This document shows, piece after piece, positions 29,597 to 40,700 of a stretch of DNA of 64,000 bases. The notes beneath the pieces were generated by a model. It searched no databases. It was given only the letters and a program-made list of their open reading frames with translations, and was not told the DNA's origin. Each line of letters starts with the position of its first letter. Position 1 is the stretch's first letter. Source of the stretch: an uncultured Clostridia bacterium (GTDB lineage Bacteria; Bacillota; Clostridia; Oscillospirales; CAG-272); assembly GCA_947631765.1 (NCBI GenBank), contig CANRMP010000001.1, positions 242,766 to 306,765 on the forward strand, given 5' to 3'. The position numbers and the translations under genes were made by a program.

Positions 29597-31042
29597 TCAA
29601 TACTGCCTACCCCAAACCACAAGATGCTTTGCCTTCTTGCCGCAGCAAACGCAAACATCTCCTTCTTTTATTTCGGGCGCGTCAAAGGGTATGCAGCGCG
29701 ACTTAACGCCGCCTGTCTTATCTTTTATCATATCCTCGCACATAGCGTCTCCGCACCAGAGCGCCTTGATATATCCGGGCTTGTTCTCGGCGATATCCAA
29801 AAAATCGTCAAGGTTTTTTGCACTGTAGGTTTTTGATTCCAGGTTGCGTGCGGCGCGCTCATAAAGCGCATTATGAACCGCATTCAGCGAATTTTCAATC
29901 TCACTTTCGAGATTGTCGAGGCTGACAAAGGTCTTCTCTCTGTTAACTCTTGAAACAAGCACGCAGGAGTTGTTTTCAATATCGCGGGGGCCTATCTCAA
30001 GGCGAAGCGGCACGCCCTTCATTTCATATTCGCTGTATTTCCAACCCGCAGAGTTGTCGCTGTCATCAAGCTTAACTCTGAATTTGGAGGAAAGTCTCTG
30101 CTTTATCTCAAGCGCCTTTTCGAGCACTCCCTCCTTGTGCTGTGCGACGGGAATAATGACAACCTGTATCGGAGCTATTTTCGGAGGCAGGATAAGTCCG
30201 TTGTCGTCTCCGTGGGTCATGATAATTGCGCCGATAACGCGTGTGGAAATTCCCCAAGAGGTTTGATGCGGGTACTGTATTTTGTTTTCTCTGTCGGTAT
30301 AGGTTATGTCAAACGCCTTTGCAAATCCGTCTCCGAAATAGTGAGTTGTGCCGCCTTGAAGGGCGACTCCGTTGTGCATCATAGGCTCGATTGTATAAGT
30401 TTCCTCGGCTCCGGCGAACTTTTCCTTTTCGGTCTTTTGTCCGGTGATTGCGGGAATTGCAAGAGTATTTGCGTAAAAGTCCCGATATACCTCAAGCATT
30501 CTTACGGTTTCCTCTCTTGCCTCCTTTTCGGTCTCGTGCATGGTGTGACCCTCCTGCCAGAGAAATTCCGAGGTGCGCAGGAAGGGACGCGTTGTCTTTT
30601 CCCATCTGACGACGTTTACCCACTGATTGTAGAGCTTCGGCAGGTCTCTGTAGGAGTGAATTATGTTTTTAAAGTGATCGCAAAAAAGCGTTTCGGAGGT
30701 GGGGCGAACGCAAAGGCGCTCGGAAAGCTGATTCTGACCGCCGACTGTAACCCACGCACATTCGGGCGCAAATCCCTCCACATGGTCTTTTTCCTTTTGA
30801 AGGAGTGATTCGGGAATGAAAAGAGGCATATACACGTTCTCATGTCCCAGCTCTTTAAAGCGAGCGTCAAGGCCTTTTTGAATGTTTTCCCATATTGCAT
30901 ACCCGTACGGGCGAATAATCATGCAGCCTTTTACTCCGGAGTAATCAACAAGCTCCGCTTTTTTTACAACGTCTGTATACCACTGCGCAAAATCAACATC
31001 CATCGACGTGATTTCCGACACTAATTTTTTATCTTTACTCAT
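29597..31042 (-). CDS. proS: Prolyl-tRNA synthetase (archaeal/eukaryote-like type, no editing insertion)
   Basis: 481 aa. Class II motifs, '[11 protein letters not shown]' N-terminus, C-terminal Cys cluster 'CIPF...CVCCGKKA'. Confidence 0.93.
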   Translation of the reverse strand: MSKDKKLVSEITSMDVDFAQWYTDVVKKAELVDYSGVKGCMIIRPYGYAIWENIQKGLDARFKELGHENVYMPLFIPESLLQKEKDHVEGFAPECAWVTVGGQNQLSERLCVRPTSETLFCDHFKNIIHSYRDLPKLYNQWVNVVRWEKTTRPFLRTSEFLWQEGHTMHETEKEAREETVRMLEVYRDFYANTLAIPAITGQKTEKEKFAGAEETYTIEPMMHNGVALQGGTTHYFGDGFAKAFDITYTDRENKIQYPHQTSWGISTRVIGAIIMTHGDDNGLILPPKIAPIQVVIIPVAQHKEGVLEKALEIKQRLSSKFRVKLDDSDNSAGWKYSEYEMKGVPLRLEIGPRDIENNSCVLVSRVNREKTFVSLDNLESEIENSLNAVHNALYERAARNLESKTYSAKNLDDFLDIAENKPGYIKALWCGDAMCEDMIKDKTGGVKSRCIPFDAPEIKEGDVCVCCGKKAKHLVVWGRQY

Positions 31043-31075
31043 ATTATATATTTCCTTTCGTTTCGTAACGGCTCT

Positions 31076-31978
31076 TTATTTTGCCTCTGAGGTGATAATT
31101 TCAAGCTCTCCGGAAACAGGAGTGTCCGGACATCCGCAGGGGATAAAATAGCTGTCGCCTTTTTTAATCGGATATTCTCCGATTTTTCCGTATCCGTCAA
31201 GGCAAAGCACGTGCACAAATGACTTTTCGGCTTTTATAACGCAGTTATTGTACAGGTGCGAGACCTTAAAATATTTGCAGTTTGCAAGATATTTTTCGTC
31301 GTAACCGTCTTCATATCTTATCTTGTTAATATCGTTTTCCGAATAGTTCACAATAACGTCAAGCGCCTTTTCCACATGCAGAGGGCGAGGCTTTCCGTCG
31401 GCTCCCGGGCGATTGTAGTCGTAAACTCTGTAGGTTACGTTGGAGGACTGCTGAATTTCTGCAATCAGTATTCCTGCGCCGATTGCGTGAACACAGCCCG
31501 AGGGAATAAAGAAGACGTCCCCCTTGTGCACCTCGACGTAATTTAAATACTTTTCAAGCGTTCCGTCAAGCGCGGCGCGCCTGAAGGTCTCTTTGTCATA
31601 GCTTGAAAGTCCGTATACAAGCTTGGCTCCGGGCAGGGCGTCGACAATGTACCACATTTCGGTCTTGCCGTATTCTCCCTCGTTTGTTTTGGCGTACTCG
31701 TCATTCGGGTGAACCTGAATCGAAAGCTTGTCGCAGGCGTCAATAAGCTTTATAAGCAGCGGAAAACCGTTTGCCTTTTCCCCAAGGTACTCGGAGAGCG
31801 GCATACCTGCATACTCGCCGTTCTCTATTATATTCATGCCGTCGTGGCGCACAGTAAGCTCCCAGCTTTCCGCAAGCTTTGTAAGGTCACATTCTTTTCC
31901 GAATTCCTTTTTAAGCTTGTCTCCTCCCCAAATGATTTCTTTAAAAACCGGTTTTAATTTAATTGGATATTTATTCAT
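31076..31978 (-). CDS. manA: Class I mannose-6-phosphate isomerase
   Basis: 'IWGG', 'LSIQVHPND', 'VHAIGAGILIAEIQQSSNVTYRVYDY' motifs. ATG 31978 lies 8 nt after GGAGA. Only 33 nt upstream of proS. Confidence 0.85.
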   Translation of the reverse strand: MNKYPIKLKPVFKEIIWGGDKLKKEFGKECDLTKLAESWELTVRHDGMNIIENGEYAGMPLSEYLGEKANGFPLLIKLIDACDKLSIQVHPNDEYAKTNEGEYGKTEMWYIVDALPGAKLVYGLSSYDKETFRRAALDGTLEKYLNYVEVHKGDVFFIPSGCVHAIGAGILIAEIQQSSNVTYRVYDYNRPGADGKPRPLHVEKALDVIVNYSENDINKIRYEDGYDEKYLANCKYFKVSHLYNNCVIKAEKSFVHVLCLDGYGKIGEYPIKKGDSYFIPCGCPDTPVSGELEIITSEAK

Positions 31979-32064
31979 AAAAAAATCTCCCATGTATTTG
32001 TATAATACATATTATATCAGATAATAATAGGTTTGTAAATCTTTTTAGAGGAGATTTTTTAAAA

Positions 32065-32304
32065 ATGAATAACAATTATCAAAACCAGAATAACAACAAT
32101 CAGAATCAAAGCAACAATCAGAGCAAAAATCAGAAGAATTCTTCTCAGAGCAAAAACAACAGCAAGAACAGTCAGAATCAGAACAACAATAGCAGCAATA
32201 GCAATAGCAGCAGCGAAAACAGCTCTGACGACTCAGACCCTCACCGGCAAGGCTCTTACCCGAGAACAGATAAAAAGACGCAGTTTGAATATCAGGGAAG
32301 TTAA
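32065..32304 (+). CDS. Small (79 aa) extremely Asn/Gln/Ser-rich low-complexity protein
   Basis: ATG preceded by AGAGGAGA and followed by a strong terminator. The first ~55 residues are almost only N, Q, S and K. The C-terminus is ordinary ('DPHRQGSYPRTDKKTQFEYQGS'). Confidence 0.5.
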   Translation: MNNNYQNQNNNNQNQSNNQSKNQKNSSQSKNNSKNSQNQNNNSSNSNSSSENSSDDSDPHRQGSYPRTDKKTQFEYQGS

Positions 32305-32347
32305 TTATTTCCGATAAATATTCTAAAATACAACGTCAAAATTCTTC

Positions 32348-32390
32348 GTCGCCGCAAGCTTTCGACAATGAAAGCTTGCGGCGACCTTTT
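32348..32390 (+). terminator. Rho-independent terminator
   Basis: Perfect 16-bp stem GTCGCCGCAAGCTTTC / GAAAGCTTGCGGCGAC (32348-32385) with a 6-nt loop, then CTTTT. Confidence 0.85.
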
Positions 32391-32508
32391 CAAGTTTACA
32401 AAAAATTAATGCGCATTTTATTGTCTGTGCATTTTATCGATGTAAAATAATATATTAATATAGTGTCAGACCGTGTTTCGGTTTGATGCGCTTTACGGAG
32501 GGGCAACT

Positions 32509-34013
<1,505 letters not shown>

Positions 34014-34031
34014 TAAAATAATTTGACGGCT

Positions 34032-34598
34032 ATGAAAAGAAAAGAAAATTCGCTAAAGGTTAAAAAAACGGCGCTTTCCGCGATGTTTTGCGCACTCGGA
34101 ACAATTATACTTTTCCTTGGCGGAATGCTTGGAGATCTTGACCTGACAATTTGCGCCGTAGCGTCTTTAATTATTCTTTTGGCTATAATTGAGATGGGCG
34201 TGAAAGCCGGAATAATGATATACGTTGCAACATCGGTTATTTCTCTTATACTCTTTCCGATGTATTTTATAACGCCGATGTATATCTGCTTTGTCGGGTT
34301 TTACCCCATACTCAAATACTTTGCGGAGAAAAAGCGCAAGGTTATTTCATACGTTATTAAGTATACAACTCTTAATATTATGCTGGCGCTTATTCTGATT
34401 TTTGCCCGGTATTTTTATAGCATTGAGGTAGATGCCATGGAAATTGCAGGTTTTGAGCTTGGCAAAATGGCGATTCTCATTATTTATATTCTCGCCAACC
34501 TGACCTTTTTTGTTTTCGATTTCTGCCTTACAAAGCTTATTGTGCTGTACAACCTCAAATTCAGAAGGGTCCTCGGGATTTATAAGCTTTTCAGATAA
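34032..34598 (+). CDS. Polytopic membrane protein, function unknown
   Basis: About 188 aa from ATG 34032, with 5-6 hydrophobic segments. 19 nt downstream of the J-protein stop. A vague ECF S-component-like appearance only. Confidence 0.55.
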   Translation: MKRKENSLKVKKTALSAMFCALGTIILFLGGMLGDLDLTICAVASLIILLAIIEMGVKAGIMIYVATSVISLILFPMYFITPMYICFVGFYPILKYFAEKKRKVISYVIKYTTLNIMLALILIFARYFYSIEVDAMEIAGFELGKMAILIIYILANLTFFVFDFCLTKLIVLYNLKFRRVLGIYKLFR

Positions 34599-34602
34599 AA
34601 AC

Positions 34603-34634
34603 AAAAGCGAGGGGCTTTTAGCTCACGCTTTTTG
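34603..34634 (+). terminator. Terminator candidate ending the DUF5685/J-protein/membrane operon
   Basis: AAAAGCG...CGCTTTTT imperfect hairpin followed by a T-run. Confidence 0.5.
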
Positions 34635-34720
34635 TGTAACAGGGCAGGTGTATCAAAAAGCGCTTGCGGCAAAAAAGCCGTGCAAATTTGTAAAGGGTCG
34701 GTAAAGGAAAGGAAAATGAC

Positions 34721-36031
34721 ATGAAAAAAAGAGCGATAATATTGCTTCTTCTTATTGTTTTTGTCGGAATATGCGGCTGTGGGGGAAGCGGCAATGGCAA
34801 AGTTACCTCACAGGAAGATAATATTAGAGGCGAGAGTGACAAAACAACCGACAACGGCATTGTATACAGAAAAAACAGCCAAGGGAGCATTACAATTAAA
34901 GGGTATACCGGAAATGAAAGCGAAATTGTGATACCCGAGGTGATTGACGGTCTTAGCGTTACCGAAATAGGAGGCGAAGCCTTTTACCAAAACAAGAATA
35001 TCACAAGCGTGACACTTCCCAAAACGCTTGAGGTTGTCGGAATGAACTCATTTTTCGGCTGTTCGTCGCTTGTATCCCTCACTTTGCCCGAAAATTTAGA
35101 GGGGATATGGGAAGGGGCGTTCTCGTATTGCACAAGCCTTCCTTCAATAACACTGCCGAAAACACTCACTCAAATCGGATATATGGCATTTTCAAACTGC
35201 AAGAGCTTAAAGCATATTGAAATTCCCGCGTCGGTTAATGTGTGGGGAGACGATTCCTTTATTGACAGCGGACTTGAGAGCGTAGAGCTTGAAAACGGGC
35301 TTGCACTTATAGGAAACAGAGCCTTTTGCGGCACGGCGATAGAAGAGGTCACCCTGCCCGAAAGTATCACATATTTGGGAACGGCGGTTTTTGCCGAGTG
35401 CAGCTCGTTAAAAACAGTAACTCTTGGCAGTAAGCTTTGCTCAATAGGTGCCGAGGCTTTTTTCAACTGTTCGAGTCTTGAAGGTATCACGCTTGGCAAC
35501 GAGCTTTCACAAATCGGCGAAAGGGCGTTTGCCGGATGCATGGCACTCAAAGCCCTCACAATTCCCGGTTCGGTGAAAAATATCGGAGAAAAGGCGTTTT
35601 TTGAATCGGGACTTGAGAATTTGAGCTTTAATGAAGGGTTGGAGAGTATAGGAAACGACGCGTTTTACTCTGTAAAAATAACAAATATCACTCTCCCGTC
35701 AAGCGTTAAGGAAATAGGAAACGGCGCGTTTAATAACTGCACACAGCTTAATTTGGTGACGCTCAACGAGGGTTTGACCCTTATCGGTGACTATGCCTTC
35801 GCGTTCACCTCCATCAATGAGATTATTATTCCGTCCACCGTGGAAAGCGTTACCGAATGGGCGTTTGATTGGTGCGAGAGTCTTAAATTTGTAAAATTTG
35901 AGGGGAACGCTCCCGAGCATTACAAGGTTGAGGGCGCTTCGCATGAAATAGACTATGTTATTATGTTTCATGACGGCGCCGAAGGCTTTACTCTCCCCGA
36001 ATGGGAAGGGTACAGGAGCGAGATATGGTAA
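34721..36031 (+). CDS. BspA-type leucine-rich-repeat surface (lipo)protein
   Basis: Signal peptide 'MKKRAIILLLLIVFVGICGCGG' with Cys. Body made of repeated 'LP.s...IG..AF..C.sL..i.l' units (LRR_5-like). Confidence 0.8.
   Translation: MKKRAIILLLLIVFVGICGCGGSGNGKVTSQEDNIRGESDKTTDNGIVYRKNSQGSITIKGYTGNESEIVIPEVIDGLSVTEIGGEAFYQNKNITSVTLPKTLEVVGMNSFFGCSSLVSLTLPENLEGIWEGAFSYCTSLPSITLPKTLTQIGYMAFSNCKSLKHIEIPASVNVWGDDSFIDSGLESVELENGLALIGNRAFCGTAIEEVTLPESITYLGTAVFAECSSLKTVTLGSKLCSIGAEAFFNCSSLEGITLGNELSQIGERAFAGCMALKALTIPGSVKNIGEKAFFESGLENLSFNEGLESIGNDAFYSVKITNITLPSSVKEIGNGAFNNCTQLNLVTLNEGLTLIGDYAFAFTSINEIIIPSTVESVTEWAFDWCESLKFVKFEGNAPEHYKVEGASHEIDYVIMFHDGAEGFTLPEWEGYRSEIW
34955..35905 (+). repeat. Tandem ~23-25-aa LRR_5 (BspA-like) coding repeats
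   Basis: About 13 successive units such as 'VTLPKTLEVVGMNSFFGCSSLVS', 'ITLPKTLTQIGYMAFSNCKSLKH', 'VTLPESITYLGTAVFAECSSLKT'. Confidence 0.75.
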
Positions 36032-36068
36032 TTTGCGCCGCTGTACGGCGCTTGCAATCATAAAATAT

Positions 36069-36108
36069 GCCCGAAAGAGCAAGCTTTATATGCTCTTTCG
36101 GGCGTTTT
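36069..36108 (+). terminator. Rho-independent terminator after the LRR gene
   Basis: GCCCGAAAGAGCA (36069-36081) / TGCTCTTTCGGGC (36091-36103), then GTTTTC. Confidence 0.8.
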
Positions 36109-36134
36109 CTGTGTTAAAATTAAAATATCTAAAC

Positions 36135-37568
36135 TCAGCTTCTTAGCAGCTCCTGCTTTATGTCCCATAGCTTTTTGGAAAGGTCGACATAGTAGGTATG
36201 CGGGTTTTCAAAGCGCTTTACCTCATCCCACTGCATGTCAAGCTGTTTTTTGCAGTAGTCTCTGATTTGCGCGGTTGAGGGGCTTGTGTAGACGCATTTC
36301 CCGTTTTTGAATATCGGAACAAGAAGGGGAATAAGCTCATAATTTGTATATGTCTTTTTCTTCCAGGTGTAGACCGGGTCAAAAATCGTGAGTGGTTTTG
36401 TGGTGTCGATAACTTCATCATGCACGCAGATAAGGTCGGCGGACGCTTTGCCCGATTCTTTTTCGACTATTCTGTACACCTTTTTAAAGTGAGGATTTGT
36501 TATTTTTTCGGCGTTTTCGCTGATTTTTATTTTGGGAATGATCTCTCCGTCTTTCTCGACTGCCACAAGCTTATACACGCCGCCGAAAACAGGCGTGCTT
36601 TTCGAGGTGATGAGCCTTTCTCCGACACCGAAAGCGTCTACCGCGGCGCCCTGCTGAATAAGGTCTCTTATTATATATTCGTCAAGTGAATTTGAGGCGA
36701 CTATTTTGCAGTTCGGCAGTCCCGCCTCGTCAAGCATTTTTCTCGCCTTTTTTGAAAGATAGGTGATATCTCCCGAATCTATGCGAATCGCGCCGTTTGT
36801 TATGTTGTGCTTTTTAAAAGCCTTAATGGCGTTTGGAATGCCGCTTTTCAGGGCGTTGTATGTATCGACAAGCAGGGTGGAGCTGTTTGGATATATAGAA
36901 CAGTAGATGTCAAATGCCTCAAGCTCCGAGTCAAACATCTGCACCCATGAATGAGCCATAGTCCCCCCTGCGGGAACGCCGTAAAGCTCGTCGGCAATGG
37001 TGCAGGCGGTGCTTGAGCATCCGCCGATATAGGCGGCTCGCGCGCCGAGTATTGCGGCGGAGGCGCCCTGAGCACGCCTTGAGCCGAATTCAGAAACAGG
37101 TCTGCCGTTTGCGGCGCGTACAATGCGGTTTGTTTTTGTGGCTATAAGCGATTGATGATTGATTGTCAGCAGTATAAAGGTCTCTACAAACTGCGCCTCG
37201 ATTGCGGGTGCACGTACCGTCATTATAGGCTCATGCGGGAAAACCGGAGTGCCCTCGGGAACCGCCCATATGTCGCCCGAAAACCGGAAGCCTTTCAAAC
37301 TGTCTAAAAATTCGTCGCTAAAGCAGTTTTTTTCTTTGAGGTAGGCTATGTCCTCATCGGTAAATTTGAGATTTTTGATATAATCGATAATTTGTTCAAG
37401 CCCCGCTGCGATTGCAAAGCCGCCTCCGTCGGGGATGTCCCTGAAAAACACGTCGAAGTAGGACACGGTATCCTTTTTTCCGCATTTAAAATAGCCGTTT
37501 CCCATTGTCATTTCATAAAAGTCAAACAGCATGGTGTAATTTTCATTCCATCTTGAAGCTTCGTTCAT
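36135..37568 (-). CDS. pncB: Nicotinate phosphoribosyltransferase
   Basis: About 477 aa from 'MNEASRWNENYTMLFDFYEMTMGNGYF' (ATG 37568, AAAGGA upstream). 'GTMAHSW' and 'IRIDSGD' motifs. Confidence 0.9.
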   Translation of the reverse strand: MNEASRWNENYTMLFDFYEMTMGNGYFKCGKKDTVSYFDVFFRDIPDGGGFAIAAGLEQIIDYIKNLKFTDEDIAYLKEKNCFSDEFLDSLKGFRFSGDIWAVPEGTPVFPHEPIMTVRAPAIEAQFVETFILLTINHQSLIATKTNRIVRAANGRPVSEFGSRRAQGASAAILGARAAYIGGCSSTACTIADELYGVPAGGTMAHSWVQMFDSELEAFDIYCSIYPNSSTLLVDTYNALKSGIPNAIKAFKKHNITNGAIRIDSGDITYLSKKARKMLDEAGLPNCKIVASNSLDEYIIRDLIQQGAAVDAFGVGERLITSKSTPVFGGVYKLVAVEKDGEIIPKIKISENAEKITNPHFKKVYRIVEKESGKASADLICVHDEVIDTTKPLTIFDPVYTWKKKTYTNYELIPLLVPIFKNGKCVYTSPSTAQIRDYCKKQLDMQWDEVKRFENPHTYYVDLSKKLWDIKQELLRS

Positions 37569-37719
37569 ATTATTGTCCTTTCTTTGATAGCTTTTTTTAC
37601 GGCAAAGCCGAGCTTTCACGTTTATTGCAAAGCGTTATTTTCTTTCAAACGAGTTACACTTATTATAGCGTTTTTGCACCGCTTTGTAAAGTCAAAGTTT
37701 CATAAATTTTAGAGCAAAG

Positions 37720-37746
37720 CTCCACCGCAGGCATATTGCGGCGGAG
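37720..37746 (-). terminator. Terminator candidate after the ABC/FtsX gene
   Basis: On the minus strand, CTCCGCCGCA / TGCGGTGGAG (10 bp, one G-U) with a 7-nt loop. The trailing T-run is weak (CTTTGC). Confidence 0.45.
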
Positions 37747-37756
37747 CCTTGGGTTA

Positions 37757-40700
37757 TTATTCGGTACGAAGCGCCGCGACAGGGTCTTTCTTTGCCGCAA
37801 TTCTTGAAGGAATAAGTCCGGCAATAAGAGTGAGCGCCATGCTGATAGCTACAAGAATTATTCCGCCGAGCACGGGAAGTGTGGCGTTTATCTCGTAAAT
37901 GTCGGTCAGCGCATGGATTATTGCGTTTATCGGGAAGCAGAGCAGCACGGTGACTATAATTCCTATCATGCCAGCCGCAAAGCCCACGATAAGCGTTTCC
38001 GCATTGAACACTCGGGAAACGTCCTTCTTTGAGGCGCCTATCGAGCGCAGGATTCCTATTTCCTTGGTGCGTTCAAGCACTGAAATATAAGTTATAATGC
38101 CTATCATAATGGACGATACCACAAGCGAAATCGAAACAAATGCGATAAGCACGTATGAAATGGCGTTTACTATGTCGGTAACAGAGGACATAATCAGCGC
38201 AACATAGTCGGTGTAGACTATTTTCATGCTTTCGTCAACGCTGTCGTTGTAATCGGAAATGATATTTGCTATTTTATCTTTGTTTTCAAAGCTTGACGTG
38301 TAGATATTAACAGAGCTCGGAGTGTCGGTTGAGGTGATACCCAAAAGGGCGATGTTTGTGTCATAGGTTGAAGAGGATATCTCGGTAAAATCGGTGTATG
38401 CCTTTGCCAGCTCCTCGTCGGTAAAGCCCGCCACGTATTCGTCAAAGATTGCCGCAATTTTCGCGTTTTCTTCTTCGGTTGTCATCGGAGTTGAGGCGTA
38501 TTGAAGACGGGCAATGCTTTCAAGCATACGGTATATCTCTTCGTCGCCAAGATCCCTTAAATACTCCATTATCATCGTCTCGTCCATTGAAGTGAGCTGA
38601 TGATAGTACGCGGCAATAACCATTTCGCTTGCCCCTCTGTCATCTATTTTGGGCAAGCCATCGGGAATCATCGCGTTATACGCATCCTTGGTGCTCTGTA
38701 TTGTCGAGGAAATAATCGAGTCAAGCTCCGCTTGCGTGGGTGTGGAAATCACCTCGTCTATTGCGGCTTCCGGGTCGTTTGCCTGCTTCATAAGCGTCAT
38801 GAGCGTTTCTCGCACCTCATCGTCGGTGAGCTTTGAAAGATAATCCCCGAACTGTTTTTCGAATATCGCGGGGTCTATGCCGAGGCTTTGCGCGTACATT
38901 TCGATTATCGCGCTGTTTCTTTCCTCCGCAGTTTCAAACTGGGAGAGGAAGGCGTCAACCTTTTCGGCTATCTCTTCATCCGATACCGAGGTTATCATTT
39001 TTCCGTACAGAGTGCGCTTTTGAGCGTTTGTAAGCTCGCTGCAATATTCCTTGAACTTTGCGACCTTTTCGCTGTCCGAAATATCGGTGTCAAGATAGAA
39101 GGGAAGACCGTTTATCACGTCGTAGCTCGGGTTTGCAAGCTGGGCCTTGACAACGTCGCTTTCAAGTATTCCCTCAATTATTTCAGAGGTAAGCGCCTCG
39201 GTGTATCCGAGAGTTCCGTTAAGTATTGCAAATTTCGCATCCTCCTCGGCGCGTATTATTCCGCTGATTTTCAGGGTCTTGCCGCGGTCGATATAAGTTT
39301 TTAGTAAATCGCGGTTAGCGGCGATATTTTCATATATTCCGTCGCCGTTGGTGTCCTGATAATAATCGCTTTGAAGTATCATCTTGAAGGTCTTTCCGAC
39401 AAGCTCGTCATACTGCCACTTTTGCACCTCGGTGGAAACCTGTTCGCCACGGCTTACAGCCATTATTATATCGAACATGTCGTTAAGCGGTTTAAGTCCC
39501 AAAGCGTACAGAACAAGGTCGGAGATTTCATTGTTTCTGTTGAGGATAAGCACGATTTCATCCGAAGCTTTTGGCCAGTCGCCGGCGAGCAGGTCGTATT
39601 CGTCTCTTATAAGCGAGCTTACAAGATAATCGCCGCTCTCGCCCTTTGAGGGGGCGAGCATCTGATCCCAAAGCTGAAAAGCGGAGCTTTGCATTGCTGA
39701 CATTCCCTCAAAAGAGGATGAAAGGTCCTGACTTCCCGCCATGTTGCCCATAATAGACGAAAAAAGGGAATTGATATCGCTTTTTATATATTCGCCGTCG
39801 GGGTCGGTGGCGTACGCATTTATCGAAACATTATAGCGGTAAACAATTGCAGTTACATATTCGTAAAGCTCGGTTGTGGAAAGCTCTTTGTCCATTTCTT
39901 TTTCGAGAAATTCTTTAAACGATTTTAGGTCGTTTGAAATTGCCTCGTTGTTAATGGTGTTCATGAGCTGATAAAGAACCGGATTGCTGTATATTGCGTC
40001 CTTCTCGTGTTTTTCGCTCTCCGCCGACACCTGCATCATGGAGAGCATAAGCGAGGAAAGGTCGATTGTTTCGTCGGTTATCGAAATGGGATAAGAGGAA
40101 AGAGTCTCTTCCTGAATGCCCGCAATATATGCGTTAATTCCGGTTGAGAGCGAGAGAATAAGCGCTATTCCTATAATGCCGATAGAGCCCGCAAAGGAGG
40201 TTAAAAAGGTTCTTGCCTTTTTTGTCAAAAGGTTGTTAAGAGAGAGGGAAAGGGCTGTAAAAAAGGACATTGAACGCCTTTTCGCCTTCTTTTTTGGCGC
40301 TTTTTTTTCGACGGGAGGCGCCTTTTTTGCATCTGCTACATCCGTCGCCGTGACTTTTTGCTCTTTATCCTCTGACTCTTGCGGCACATACGGGTCTGAG
40401 TCGTCGACTATATTTCCGTCAAGCAAGCGGACTATTCTTGAAGAATAAAGGTCTGCAAGCTCGGGGTTGTGGGTGACCATTATAATGAGCTTATCCTTTG
40501 AGATCTCTTTAAGGATATTCATTATTTGAATACTCGTCTCGCTGTCAAGGGCTCCTGTGGGTTCGTCGGCAAGCAGTATCTCGGGGTCGTTTACAAGGGC
40601 TCGTGCAATTGCAACCCTTTGCATCTGACCGCCCGACATCTGATTCGGCTTCTTTTTAAGCTGATCCCCGAGCCCGACTTTATTGAGTATTTCAATGGCG

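Noticed and set aside
32065-32304. The N/Q-rich protein as a true gamma-type SASP
   Set aside because: No repeated GPR protease cleavage motif (TEFASE-like) is present. Gamma-type SASPs are considered restricted to Bacillales. Only the compositional analogy is retained, in the findings.
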